From Calditrichota bacterium (GTDB lineage Bacteria; Zhuqueibacterota; Zhuqueibacteria; Zhuqueibacterales; Geothermadaptataceae): a DNA stretch of 64,000 nt. Location of the stretch: contig QQUE01000002.1 of assembly GCA_008501765.1 (NCBI GenBank), positions 244,336 through 308,335 on the forward strand, given 5' to 3'. The notes beneath the pieces were generated by a model. It saw nothing but the letters and a program-made list of their open reading frames with translations, was not told where the DNA came from and did not search any database. This document shows, one piece after another, positions 26,291 to 36,259 of this stretch (its first letter is position 1; each line of letters opens with the position of its first letter). The position numbers and the translations under genes were made by a program.

Positions 26291-27463
26291 TTAAATTTCT
26301 TCCAATAATGAAATCTTGTCAACTGTATCGATTAATATTCGTTTGTTAGCAGGATAGGATTTGAATAATTTACCTTGTGCTTCACTCATATTTGAGTAAA
26401 ACTTGGCTTCAATTAGTACCTTATCATCAGTGTAGAAATCAATTTCAATTGCATTTTCATACAAATAGTAAAGTTCTTTTTTATTGCGCATATTTATATA
26501 AACATAATTCTCAAAATAGCTCCCAATATCACGATTACCAACAAAAAGATATTTTATCCCCAAATCAGAAGCATAAATTTTTTTGGCGGAGAGCAACTTT
26601 TGATTTGTTTTACCCCATCGCGGCAACAAATGAATCAGATAGGTTGATTCGAAATAGTTCAAATATCTTTTTGAGGTATCTGGTGAAATCGCCAATATTT
26701 TACCTATTTTGTTAATGCTGAATTGCTTTCCGCTTCGCTCCATTAAAAGTGTAAAATAATCGCGTAAAATCTGGTGATTTTTTAATCCATGAAATGCAGT
26801 GATATCTTTCTGAATGATATCATCCACTAAATTCATCAAATATTCTCTGCTCGGCTGCAGCACATTCTCTGGTAATCCGCCTGTTTTTATATAATCGAGA
26901 AAATAAGTTTTAAGTAGTTGAACATCTCGCCTTTTTACTTCAATCCCTTTAAAGGAAAAATACTCATTTAAATCAAGTGGTTTTATTTCAAGTGTAATGG
27001 ACCTTCCAGTCAGGCTAGCCTTCTGGTCACGGAGTTTTGAGGCAGAAGATGATGCAACAAATATTTTAGCATTTTGTGAATCGTAGAGATTTTTAAGTTG
27101 GACTTGAAACTCATCCTTTGATGTTACTTCATCAAAAAAGAGATAAATTCTTTCATCGATCGTTATTTTATGCAGTTTTCGATATTCATTGACAATCTCT
27201 ATCATGCTTTGCTTCTGAATCAAATAATCATCCAGGCTAATGTAAAAAATATGCTTTGGTTGCACTTCTTTTGAAATCAATTCATCAATTATCAATTTCA
27301 TTAAACTCGTTTTCCCAACTCGGCGCAACCCTGTTAGAATAATGATTTGTTTCTGTTGTAGATATATTCGAAGATCGGAAAGATATTGTTCGCGTGGTTT
27401 CAAGTCAGCCGCAGCACGACTTTTCTCCCACCACGGGTTATACTGGTAAAGTAAATCATTCAT
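26291..27463 (-). CDS. AAA+ ATPase of the DUF4143/AAA_14 (COG1373-like) family
   Basis: MNDLLYQYNPWW…IIILTGLRRVGKTSLMKLII (P-loop) with a C-terminal DUF4143-like region. This family is widespread and often accessory. Confidence 0.75.
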   Translation of the reverse strand: MNDLLYQYNPWWEKSRAAADLKPREQYLSDLRIYLQQKQIIILTGLRRVGKTSLMKLIIDELISKEVQPKHIFYISLDDYLIQKQSMIEIVNEYRKLHKITIDERIYLFFDEVTSKDEFQVQLKNLYDSQNAKIFVASSSASKLRDQKASLTGRSITLEIKPLDLNEYFSFKGIEVKRRDVQLLKTYFLDYIKTGGLPENVLQPSREYLMNLVDDIIQKDITAFHGLKNHQILRDYFTLLMERSGKQFSINKIGKILAISPDTSKRYLNYFESTYLIHLLPRWGKTNQKLLSAKKIYASDLGIKYLFVGNRDIGSYFENYVYINMRNKKELYYLYENAIEIDFYTDDKVLIEAKFYSNMSEAQGKLFKSYPANKRILIDTVDKISLLEEI

Positions 27464-27666
27464 AGAAAAAATATACGATTAAAAAGGATGATTTGCAATA
27501 ATATTATACGATTTAATCGTATAATATTGTTCTTCGAAAATGACACATAAACAAAGAGTTTAATAGCACCAGTCACTATTTCAAGTTCAAACAGAAGTTT
27601 CAGTTCATTGTTCGCCTATCCACGTAGAGATACGAAGGATAGAATCCTTCATATGATCCACAATAA

Positions 27667-28491
27667 TTATTTATCCCCGTACATCGTTTCGAAAATGGCG
27701 TCGCTGATTCCCATGGAGCTGAAGCCGCCGTCGTGGTAGAGATTCTGCATCGTAACCATTCTGGTGAGGTCGGATAACAGGGTCAAAACGTACTCGGCAC
27801 AGTCATCGGCCGTGGCGTTGCCGAGTGGTGAGAGTTTTTCTGCAAAATCATACATGGCGTCAAAGCCGGCAATGCCGCTGCCTGCGGTGGTCACCGTCGG
27901 GCTTTGTGAAACGGTGTTGATGCGCATTCCGAGCTTTCCAAGTCGCGATCCAAGGCTACGAGTGATACTTTCGAGCAATGCTTTGGCATCCCCCATGTCC
28001 CCATATTTCGTAAAAATCCGCTGGGCGCCAATGTAAGAAAGCGCAACGATGGAAGCGCCTTTGTTGAGCGCATCGGCTTTCAACGCCTGCGTCACAATAC
28101 GGTGCAACGAAAGAGCGGAAACGTCCAACGTTTTGTGAAACCAATCGTAGTTCAAGTCCATGTAATCTTTCTTTTTACGCACGTTCGGCGACATGCCGAT
28201 GGAATGAACGATAAAATCCAGTTTGCCAAATTTTTCTTTTAGTTGGGCAAAAGCTACATCAAGCTGCTCATTATTTGAAGCATCACAGGCAATAATCGGC
28301 GCGTCACCACATTTTTTCGACAATTCATCAATTTGTCCCATTCGCAGGGCTACTTTTATATTGGAAATCCCGAACTCCGCCCCTTCGCGATAAGCTGTTT
28401 CCGCAATTTTCCAGGCGATACTTTTATCATCCAATGGGCCGAAAATTATGCCTTTTTTTCCTTTTAATAAATTATAACCAGCTGTGCTCAT
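27667..28491 (-). CDS. fabI: Enoyl-[acyl-carrier-protein] reductase (NADH), FabI-like SDR
   Basis: N-terminal LLKGKKGIIFGPLDDKSIAWKIAETA… matches the FabI dinucleotide-binding region (LLKGKKGLI.G.AN..SIAWGIA). Y-x6-K catalytic dyad region SYIGAQRIFTKYGDMGDAKA. Start placed at MSTAGYN… (internal Met). Confidence 0.8.
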   Translation of the reverse strand: MSTAGYNLLKGKKGIIFGPLDDKSIAWKIAETAYREGAEFGISNIKVALRMGQIDELSKKCGDAPIIACDASNNEQLDVAFAQLKEKFGKLDFIVHSIGMSPNVRKKKDYMDLNYDWFHKTLDVSALSLHRIVTQALKADALNKGASIVALSYIGAQRIFTKYGDMGDAKALLESITRSLGSRLGKLGMRINTVSQSPTVTTAGSGIAGFDAMYDFAEKLSPLGNATADDCAEYVLTLLSDLTRMVTMQNLYHDGGFSSMGISDAIFETMYGDK

Positions 28492-28915
28492 CGTTCCTCC
28501 AAAAATATTATTTTCACATAATTTAAATTCCAAAAATGACTGTAAAGATAAGGCTCAGTGAAGTTTCCTGCAAGATGAATTTTATTCAATATTAGGTGTA
28601 TTTAATTATGGTATTAATATTTTTTGCTATACTCTTTAAAATAAAATTTGCCACAAAGATCACAAAGTACACGAAGAAAAAGTGAATAAAATGGTTTCGC
28701 TTTTCAATGTTGAATATGAAAATATTCCCAAACTTAATCAATTTAAACTTCCCGATCTTCATTTAATTCATGGTCTATAAAAATTTCAATTAAATTAAAT
28801 GCAACTTTTTATATTGCATTCCATCTTAAAATTGATTGCCTTGCATTTTCATATTTATTCTGTTAAATTTTGCTAAACGAATACTCTTTTTTTGAATAAA
28901 TGGTAATAAAAGCAC

Positions 28916-29872
28916 ATGCAACAAAATGGTGAGAAAAACTTTGCCGGAATCGGCACCTGTCCTGCATTTATAAATGTCGTTGAAAAAGCAAGCAAATTTG
29001 CCACAGTTCCTCGCCCGATTCTGATTCGGGGAGAACGTGGAACCGGCAAAGAAGTTTTGGCGCAATACATCCACAACCAAAGCCAGCGCTGCGATGAAAA
29101 ATTTGTTGCGATCAATTGTGCCGCGCTGCACGACGAGCTATTTATCGCTGAAATTTTTGGTCACGAGAAAGGGGCATTTACCGGTGCAACCAGCAACCGC
29201 ATCGGGAAACTGGAACTTGCCCACAAAGGCACGCTCTTTTTAGACGAAGTCGCCAACATGTCCCGCGATGCCCAGGAAAAGTTGCTGCGTGTCGTGGAAT
29301 ACCAGCAATTTGAAAGGCTCGGCGGTAGCGAAGAAATCCACGTCGATGTGCGCATTGTGGCAGCGACCAACGCCCATTTAGCGACTATGATCGCCAAAGG
29401 AGAGTTTCTCGCAGATCTTTATGACCGCATTGCGTTTGCCGAGCTTACTTTACCTCCATTGCGCAAGCGCCGCGAAGATATTCCCGCACTTATTTCCCAT
29501 TTTTTGAAAAATCTGCACCACGAAATGCCGGACATCGAGAAAAAAGTATTCACACCAGCCGCCGTTCGCGCTTTACAAGCCTACCATTGGCCAGGCAACA
29601 TGCGTGAGCTAAAAAATGTCATCGAGCGCCATTATATCTGGGATGCTGACGGAGTAATCCATGCTTCCGAGTTGCCTTTGGAAATAACCACGGTTGAACC
29701 GATTGGCGGCACATTTCACGAACAGGTTCGGGCCTTTGAAAAATCTCTCCTTCTAAATACGCTGAAGGACGTCATGGGAAACCAGCGCGAGGCCGCAAAA
29801 CGCTTGGGAATGACTTACGACCAATTCCGCCATTACTACAAAAAATTTGCTCTCGGGGAATTATTGGCGTAA
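28916..29872 (+). CDS. pspF: Sigma-54-dependent transcriptional activator lacking a regulatory domain (PspF-type architecture: AAA+ sigma-54 interaction domain + Fis-type HTH)
   Basis: GERGTGKEVLAQYIH (Walker A). Sigma-54-type ATPase domain (…FGHEKGAFTGA… GTLFLDEVANMSRDAQEKLLRVV…). C-terminal HTH (EAAKRLGMTYDQFRHYYKKF). No receiver, GAF or PAS domain. Lies directly upstream of pspA. Confidence 0.8.
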   Translation: MQQNGEKNFAGIGTCPAFINVVEKASKFATVPRPILIRGERGTGKEVLAQYIHNQSQRCDEKFVAINCAALHDELFIAEIFGHEKGAFTGATSNRIGKLELAHKGTLFLDEVANMSRDAQEKLLRVVEYQQFERLGGSEEIHVDVRIVAATNAHLATMIAKGEFLADLYDRIAFAELTLPPLRKRREDIPALISHFLKNLHHEMPDIEKKVFTPAAVRALQAYHWPGNMRELKNVIERHYIWDADGVIHASELPLEITTVEPIGGTFHEQVRAFEKSLLLNTLKDVMGNQREAAKRLGMTYDQFRHYYKKFALGELLA

Positions 29873-29941
29873 AAAACCACTCCTTGGCGTAATCCCCCAC
29901 TTTGGATCGAAACCACTCTTTAAAAAACAACAAGTTACATT

Positions 29942-29957
29942 TGGCATCATCGTTGCT
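29942..29957 (+). promoter_or_regulatory. Sigma-54 (-24/-12) promoter upstream of pspA
   Basis: TGGCAT-catcg-TTGCT with exact GG-N10-GC spacing. The core matches consensus TGGCAC-N5-TTGCW except the last -24 base (T for C). Lies 65 bp upstream of the pspA ATG. Two direct AAACCACTC repeats sit further upstream (29875, 29911). Confidence 0.7.
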
Positions 29958-30021
29958 TAAATCGCGGCATGTTTATATCAGACAAAAATTATTTTGAACA
30001 ATATTTCTATTGGAGGCTACA

Positions 30022-30723
30022 ATGAAAGTTTTTAAACGTGTAACTGAAATGGTAAAAGCGAATATCAATCATTTGCTTGATCAGGCGGAAGATCCCGAAG
30101 TTATGGTCAAGCAAATCATTCGCGATATGGAAGAAAGCATCATCGAAATGCGCCGTGAGACGGTACGAGCCGTATCCCGTGAAAAACAAGTTGAAAAGCA
30201 GTTGCAGATCGCGCAGAATTTATCAAACGATTATGCAGCCAAAGCCGGCGAGGCCGTGGAAAAAGGAAACGAGGAGTTGGCGCGGAAAATTCTGGCGAAA
30301 AAAGTAGTAACCGATCAACAAAGCACCGCTTTAGCCAGTGAACTCAAGGAAGCAAAAATCGTTTCGGAGCAGTTAAAAAACGACTTGCTCAGCCTTGAAG
30401 ATAAAGTTCAAAGCGCCCGGCGTAAAAAGGAAGAACTCATCCGTAGAAAACGCTCCGCCGATGCCAAGTTGCGAATCCAGGAATCGGCCAATAAAGCGAT
30501 AGATGGTATCAAAAACGCAGCGGGTAAAATTTCCAGCATCACCGATTCAGAATCATCGCTAAAAAGTTATGAAGATGCGATTATGGGACTTGAGGCCGAT
30601 GCCGAAGCAGCACATGAAATTGCCAAGCTCGGACAGGAAAATGATATTGATCTCGATAAATTGGAGAAAGAAAAAGCCGTTGAAGATGAGCTGGCGAAAC
30701 TGAAAAAACAACAAAAGAAATAA
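30022..30723 (+). CDS. pspA: Phage shock protein A (PspA/IM30/Vipp1 family)
   Basis: MKVFKRVTEMVKANINHLLDQAEDPEVMVKQIIRDMEESIIEMRRETVRAVSREKQ… matches the PspA N-terminal signature (…NALLDKAEDPEKM..Q.I.EME…). Long coiled coil throughout. RBS GGAGG upstream. Confidence 0.88.
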   Translation: MKVFKRVTEMVKANINHLLDQAEDPEVMVKQIIRDMEESIIEMRRETVRAVSREKQVEKQLQIAQNLSNDYAAKAGEAVEKGNEELARKILAKKVVTDQQSTALASELKEAKIVSEQLKNDLLSLEDKVQSARRKKEELIRRKRSADAKLRIQESANKAIDGIKNAAGKISSITDSESSLKSYEDAIMGLEADAEAAHEIAKLGQENDIDLDKLEKEKAVEDELAKLKKQQKK

Positions 30724-30735
30724 GAGGGTAAAGAG

Positions 30736-31299
30736 GTGATAACGCTATACCTTTGCTGTTTGGCTTTTGGGGGGATTCTTCTCATCGTTTCCCTGTTCAC
30801 TGGTTCCGATGGTGAATTGGCTGGCGATGTTGAAATCGAGGCTGATGTTGGTACGGAAGCGGAATCCGAGGGTGTTGTAAATGCATTCAGATATTTTAGT
30901 TTTCGCAATATCGTATATTTTCTCACTTTTTTCGGACTCACCGGCGTTACTGTCGCGCGCATTGAACTACCTTCCGTTGTGACCTTTGTGGCGGCGCTTG
31001 TGATGGGATTTTTCGCTGCCAGTCTGGGGCATGTCGTTATGGAATACCTCAAAAACTCCCAGGTTGGGCAAGCCGAAAATTTAGCCGATTTTGAAGGGCA
31101 ATTAGCAAAAGTTTTGCTCAATATTTCAGAGTTAAAACCTGGAAAAATAAGTATCACACTCGATGAAAACATCCATCAGGTTTTGGCCCGTGTTGCAGAT
31201 GAATCGGCAATCCAGGAATTTCGACATGGTGAGACTGTGACTGTGGTTCGCGTGCAGGATGGTTATGCCTACGTGGCTGAAAAGAATTTTATCGATTAA
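30736..31299 (+). CDS. NfeD-like membrane protein (short form, YuaF-like) with C-terminal OB-fold
   Basis: GTG start with RBS. Two or three TM helices, then a C-terminal beta-rich domain (…KPGKISITLDENIHQVLARVADESAIQEFRHGETVTVVRVQDGYAYVAEK). Directly precedes a flotillin gene, the conserved NfeD-SPFH pairing. Confidence 0.6.
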   Translation: MITLYLCCLAFGGILLIVSLFTGSDGELAGDVEIEADVGTEAESEGVVNAFRYFSFRNIVYFLTFFGLTGVTVARIELPSVVTFVAALVMGFFAASLGHVVMEYLKNSQVGQAENLADFEGQLAKVLLNISELKPGKISITLDENIHQVLARVADESAIQEFRHGETVTVVRVQDGYAYVAEKNFID

Positions 31300-31315
31300 A
31301 TAAAGGAGGGGTAAC

Positions 31316-32686
31316 ATGATATCCCAATTGGTGCTGGTCCTTGCGATTATTGCAGCGGTGATTGTATTTGTTATAATTGTAGCCATAAGCAAACTGTTGT
31401 TGATTTGCCATCCAAATGAGGTGATTATTCTTTCCGGGCGAGAGAGAAAATTATCCGACGGTTCCCGAGTTGGTTACCGGATTATCCGTGGGGGAAAAGC
31501 ATTACGCATTCCACTTATTGAAAAAGCCGCCCGCATGAGTTTACAAACGATTCCTCTTGAATTACGTGTCACAAACGCCTACTCGAAAGGCGGCATTCCA
31601 CTGAGTGTAGAGGCAATTGCCAATGTGAAAATAAATTCCAGTGAGCCGATATTTGGCAACGCCGTCGAGCGATTTCTCGATAAACCCAAGGATGAAATTT
31701 TACACATCGCCAAAGATACATTGGAAGGCAATCTGCGCGGTGTTTTAGCAATGCTAACACCGGAAGAGGTGAATGAGGACAGGCTAAAATTCGCCGGAAA
31801 TCTCATCGAAGAAGCCGACGCTGATTTGCAGCAACTTGGCCTGCAATTGGATACGCTTAAAATTCAAAATATCTCCGATGATGCAGGATATCTCGATTCC
31901 ATCGGAAGAAAGAAGACCGCCGATGTGATCTCGAAAGCACGCACAGCCGAAGCGGAACGAACCGCCGAAGCAGAACAATCGGAAGCCGAAGCGAAAATGC
32001 GAGCGGAAGTCGCACGGGCAAAAGCACGCGAAACCATCGAAACTTCCAAAATTGAAGCGGATACTATCATCAAAACCAGAGATGCTCAGGCGAAGCAAAA
32101 GGTTGAGGAAGAGGAAAACAAGCTGCGCGTGAAAAAAGCTGAGCTGGAAAAAGTTGCTGTCATTCACGAGCAGGAAGCCAGTGTTGCCGGTGAAAAAGCC
32201 AAGGCGCAGTATGAGCAAGAAATGGAGAAAGAGCGTATTATTTTGCAGCAAAAACGGCTCGAGGCTGACGTCATCGAACCTGCAAAAGCAAACATGAAAG
32301 CCGATCAATTACTCGCCAAAGGGAAAGCAGCGCACATTCTTGAAGACGGCGAGGCAAAAATCACCGTATTAACCGATATGATATCCACATATCAAAAGGC
32401 CAACGGCGAAGGCGAGAAAGTATTCATTTTACAAATGCTGCCGGAAATCATCAATCAGCTATCACAAACAGTCGGCCAATTGAATATTGATAAAATTAGT
32501 GTGATCGACAGCAGCAATGGCGGCCCCAATAGCGGCATCAGCAAATTAGTCAACCAAATGCCCGCAGCAGTTATTTCATTGGTTGATCAGATTGAAACTG
32601 CCACTGGTATCAATATTCTGAAGGGATTGCAGCCTGGAAATGGCGATGCACTTGCTGAAAAAAGCACTGAAAGTAAAGAATACTGA
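31316..32686 (+). CDS. Flotillin-like SPFH/band-7 protein (FloT/YuaG-like)
   Basis: N-terminal TM anchor. SPFH domain (…RIPLIEKAARMSLQTIPLELRVTNAYSKGGIPLSVEAIANVKI…). Long EA-rich coiled-coil (AEAERTAEAEQSEAEAKMRAEVARAKARE) typical of flotillins. Confidence 0.85.
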   Translation: MISQLVLVLAIIAAVIVFVIIVAISKLLLICHPNEVIILSGRERKLSDGSRVGYRIIRGGKALRIPLIEKAARMSLQTIPLELRVTNAYSKGGIPLSVEAIANVKINSSEPIFGNAVERFLDKPKDEILHIAKDTLEGNLRGVLAMLTPEEVNEDRLKFAGNLIEEADADLQQLGLQLDTLKIQNISDDAGYLDSIGRKKTADVISKARTAEAERTAEAEQSEAEAKMRAEVARAKARETIETSKIEADTIIKTRDAQAKQKVEEEENKLRVKKAELEKVAVIHEQEASVAGEKAKAQYEQEMEKERIILQQKRLEADVIEPAKANMKADQLLAKGKAAHILEDGEAKITVLTDMISTYQKANGEGEKVFILQMLPEIINQLSQTVGQLNIDKISVIDSSNGGPNSGISKLVNQMPAAVISLVDQIETATGINILKGLQPGNGDALAEKSTESKEY

Positions 32687-32712
32687 TTTTCCCGTAACAT
32701 ATCCTCCCTTCG

Positions 32713-32746
32713 AAGGCCCTCCAAATTTTGGGGGGCCTTTTTTTTG
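32713..32746 (+). terminator. Rho-independent terminator after flotillin gene
   Basis: AAGGCCCTCCAAA-tttt-GGGGGGCCTT plus a T-run. Confidence 0.6.
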
Positions 32747-32838
32747 AAATAACTTTTCCCATAAATTGTATTTACTTTTATTTAACAAGTTCGTACTTTT
32801 GAGTTCAAATTTTATCACCCAAAATAAAGAAAAGAATA

Positions 32839-33606
32839 ATGAGCTTACAGAATAAAGTATTTCTAATAACCGGAGCCACAAGTGGTATTGGCCGCGCAAC
32901 GGCCATTACCGCCGCACAAAAAGGTGGGCGTATTGCCCTGATTGGACGAGATGAATCCGCGCTTGCAAACCTGGCGAACGAATTGAATCATACCAACGAG
33001 ATTGCCCTGCCCCTTGTTTGCGATGTCACTGATAAAACACAACTCAAAACCACACTCGCTAAAACTATTCAGCATTTTAGCAGGCTGGACGTGCTTGTCA
33101 ACTCCGCCGGTATCATTGCCACAGGATCAATTGAGCAAACATCGACGGAAAACTGGAACACAATGATGGATGTGAACGTCACCGCCGTTTTCCATCTTAT
33201 GCAACTTGCCGTTCCGCACCTCGAAAAAACACAGGGTAATATTATTAATGTATCCAGTGTTGTCGGGACGCGATCTTTTCCCGGAATCCTTTCCTATTCG
33301 GTCAGCAAGTCAGCGCTGGACCAATTGACGCGCTGCGCAGCCATGGAATTGGCCCCGAAAAAAATACGCGTGAATGCCGTAAATCCGGGCGTCGTTGTCA
33401 CAAACCTGCACCGTCGCAGCGGTATGGACGAAAAAAGTTATGCTGCCTTTTTGGAACACAGCAAAACCACCCACCCAATCGGGCGCGTTGGGGAACCGAA
33501 TGACATAGCACATGCAATATTATATCTCGCTGCTGATGAAGCAGGCTGGGTGACAGGAGTAACACTCAATATCGATGGTGGACGCCATTTAACCTGCGCA
33601 CGATAG
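32839..33606 (+). CDS. SDR-family oxidoreductase (FabG-like 3-oxoacyl-ACP reductase type)
   Basis: ITGATSGIGRATA (TGxxxGxG). NSAG motif. YSVSK catalytic Y-x3-K. 255 aa. Confidence 0.8.
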   Translation: MSLQNKVFLITGATSGIGRATAITAAQKGGRIALIGRDESALANLANELNHTNEIALPLVCDVTDKTQLKTTLAKTIQHFSRLDVLVNSAGIIATGSIEQTSTENWNTMMDVNVTAVFHLMQLAVPHLEKTQGNIINVSSVVGTRSFPGILSYSVSKSALDQLTRCAAMELAPKKIRVNAVNPGVVVTNLHRRSGMDEKSYAAFLEHSKTTHPIGRVGEPNDIAHAILYLAADEAGWVTGVTLNIDGGRHLTCAR

Positions 33607-33674
33607 GATGGCACAGGCACAAATAATTGAGGAATCTAATTAATTTTTGCCCAGAAAGGGATTTTTAAACAATT

Positions 33675-34922
33675 ATGGCATCCACGCGATTCTATTTTTT
33701 GATTTTACTTTTTTTAGTTGCTTTGAATTATCGCAGCGCCGCTTCAACAAATACCGACTCCGATAAAGTTTATTCCGAAAATATCAGAGAGGTACGCGTT
33801 CGATTCGGTATGACTCTGGGTAATATTCTGCGTAAAAATGATATCCCAAGGCTGCAAATCCAGCCGCTTTTAAATGCTTTTTCTTCTGTCTATAATCCGC
33901 GAAAAATCCGTGCAGGTGAGAAATTACAACTCAAATTTGACGCTGACGGCCAATTCTCTGCATTGTACTATCGACCAACACCTGATAGAAAAGTGAATAT
34001 CTTCGCTGATTCTTCCGGAAATTTTATTGCACACCTCGATACTTTGCCAATTATTGTCAAAGAGAAATTGCTGGTCGGGACAATCGAAACGACGCTTTAC
34101 GAAGCTATTCTGCAGGCTGGAGAATCACCCGAATTGATAATGGCTTTTTCGGACATATTTCAGTGGGATATCGATTTTTTTATCGATCCCCGGGTCGGCG
34201 ACTCCTTCGGAATTTTGTATCAAAAAAAATCTGTAATTGATCCGGAGTCGGGCTTGCCGACGTTTCTGCAATATGGAGATATCCTCGCAGCGGCTTACGC
34301 ACAAAAAGACACAACTCTCATTGCATTTGGCAATCCGGTAGAAAATGGGCTATTGCTTTATTATGATGAAAATGGAAAAAGTTTTCAAAAAACATTTCTC
34401 AAATCACCCCTAAATTACCGCCGAATATCCAGTTACTTTTCCCGCAGCCGCTTTCACACGATTTTCAAAAGAAGACGCGCTCACACCGGCGTTGATTTTG
34501 CCGCGCGCACAGGAACCCCGGTTGTCTCATCAGCTGACGGAACAGTGATTTTTAAAGGCTGGAATGGAGGCTATGGCCGGTGTGTTAAAATTTCTCATAA
34601 AAACGGATCCTACGTCACCCTCTACGGTCATTTGTCGCGCTACGCCAACCTGCGCGTCGGGCAAAAAATCAGCCAAAATCATCTCGTTGGATATGTCGGT
34701 CAATCCGGGAACGCCACCGGGCCTCACCTGCATTATACCATGTATTACAACAAAAAAGCCATCGATCCACTCAAAATTCGACCTCTTGCGGGGAAGCCGC
34801 TGCAAGCATCTCAACTTCCTGAATTTAATTTGCTGAAAGAGACGCTTTTGCAAAAGCTCGGCCTGGGCACCCACAAAAACTTTGAAGCCATACTGATGGC
34901 GAAAGAAGTCAGCGCACGCTAA
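33675..34922 (+). CDS. M23-family peptidoglycan endopeptidase with OapA/Csd3-like N-terminal region
   Basis: HTGVDFAARTGTPVVSSADGTV…GHLSRY…GPHLHY (HxxxD…HxH zinc motifs of M23/LytM). Signal peptide. Confidence 0.8.
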   Translation: MASTRFYFLILLFLVALNYRSAASTNTDSDKVYSENIREVRVRFGMTLGNILRKNDIPRLQIQPLLNAFSSVYNPRKIRAGEKLQLKFDADGQFSALYYRPTPDRKVNIFADSSGNFIAHLDTLPIIVKEKLLVGTIETTLYEAILQAGESPELIMAFSDIFQWDIDFFIDPRVGDSFGILYQKKSVIDPESGLPTFLQYGDILAAAYAQKDTTLIAFGNPVENGLLLYYDENGKSFQKTFLKSPLNYRRISSYFSRSRFHTIFKRRRAHTGVDFAARTGTPVVSSADGTVIFKGWNGGYGRCVKISHKNGSYVTLYGHLSRYANLRVGQKISQNHLVGYVGQSGNATGPHLHYTMYYNKKAIDPLKIRPLAGKPLQASQLPEFNLLKETLLQKLGLGTHKNFEAILMAKEVSAR

Positions 34923-35029
34923 AAAAAAGCCCCGGCTTGCACCGAGGCTTTGGGATATGGGAGGAAGAGGATGGGTTTAATATTTTGTCAGGAGACGTCC
35001 TTTTCTCCCGACTTAAAACTTATTTTGTT

Positions 35030-35338
35030 TCAGGCGCGTTTCCAGTGTCCGTCGATCCAATGCCAGCCCCGCCGGTTGTGATTCCAATGACCAGGGATCC
35101 ACACAAATCCTTTTTTCGGACGCACCCAGTGACCTGCTTTCCAAACATATTTATGGCCATTCCAATGCCACCTGCCATTGATCCAGATAGCATTTTTATA
35201 AGGCCGAGCCGTTTTGACAACAACAACTTTCCGCGCCGGTGGTTTAACTTTGACATAAATTCGTGGACCAGCCTGTACCATCATCGGAAGAATAAACGCA
35301 AAGACTGCGGCTGCGATAATTGTTTTTCTCTGTTTCAC
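35030..35338 (-). CDS. Small secreted YXWGXW-repeat protein
   Basis: Signal peptide. Four-fold W-x2-G-x-W repeats (IWINGRWHW, VWKAGHWV, VWIPGHWN, HWIDGHWK) in a basic 102-aa protein. Confidence 0.55.
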   Translation of the reverse strand: MKQRKTIIAAAVFAFILPMMVQAGPRIYVKVKPPARKVVVVKTARPYKNAIWINGRWHWNGHKYVWKAGHWVRPKKGFVWIPGHWNHNRRGWHWIDGHWKRA

Positions 35339-35630
35339 AGGAACCTCCTGGCTATTAATTCAGATTGTTTGTTCGCATTTGCACTTACGACAAACAAGGT
35401 GTATGCCAGAATTTTTGTATAATTGACTAAACTATTGTTTTTATTGTGAAAAAAATGGAGTTTTTATCAGGTGGGATGTAATAACTGTCCCATTTCGTAC
35501 TATTAAAATGCACGTGTAAGTTCAGTTTTCGATAATTCTTACAGCGCTAAGGCAGCCAATTTTTTCACAATCTGTGATTGGAAATCGGGAGTCCCCTTTT
35601 GCGTACTGCGGTAAAACGATGCCCGAAATT

Positions 35631-36011
35631 TCAGCGCAACACATCTTCAAAAAGCAAGTCTTTCACCGCCGTGAGAAGTTGTATTCTTTGGAATGGTTTC
35701 GCCAATGTGCGATTGGCGCCAAACGCTTTCGCCATTCGCAAATAATTTTCAACACCAGCGTTTCCCCCTCCCGACATTGCGATTATTTTCACATCGCGGT
35801 AATGTTTCTTCAGTTCTGTGATCGTTTCAATACCTTCTTTTTCCGGCATAACGATGTCAGTAATCACCAAATCGGTGGGTTCTTTGGAGAAAAGCTCCAA
35901 ACCTTCTTTGCCGTTAGAGGAAACGATGACCTCATATTCTTCCCGCTCCAGCATTTTTTTTAACATGCCGCGAATATCAGCTTCATCATCAATAATCATA
36001 ATACGTTGCAT
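35631..36011 (-). CDS. Stand-alone response-regulator receiver (CheY-like REC) protein
   Basis: MIIDDEADIR…DLVITDIVMPEKEGIETITELKK…KIIAMSG gives Asp pocket, phospho-acceptor D and conserved K. No output domain. Confidence 0.85.
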   Translation of the reverse strand: MQRIMIIDDEADIRGMLKKMLEREEYEVIVSSNGKEGLELFSKEPTDLVITDIVMPEKEGIETITELKKHYRDVKIIAMSGGGNAGVENYLRMAKAFGANRTLAKPFQRIQLLTAVKDLLFEDVLR

Positions 36012-36259
36012 TTAATAATTTTCCGCCATCTTTGTAAGACTACAATAGTGTTAATACGCAGAAAAACCAGGCGATTTTCGGGTCGCAGTCGAGGGCAAAG
36101 CATGTTTTAGAAATGACTGTTCAGAAAATTTCGCACCAATTTATTATATCGGAATATGCGTTTATTTATTTATCATAACTCTTATAATTATTGAAAACGA
36201 AAAACACTTATCCCAAATATTTTAGTTTAAAAAACAGATTTGCAGCAGAAATTTTAGCT

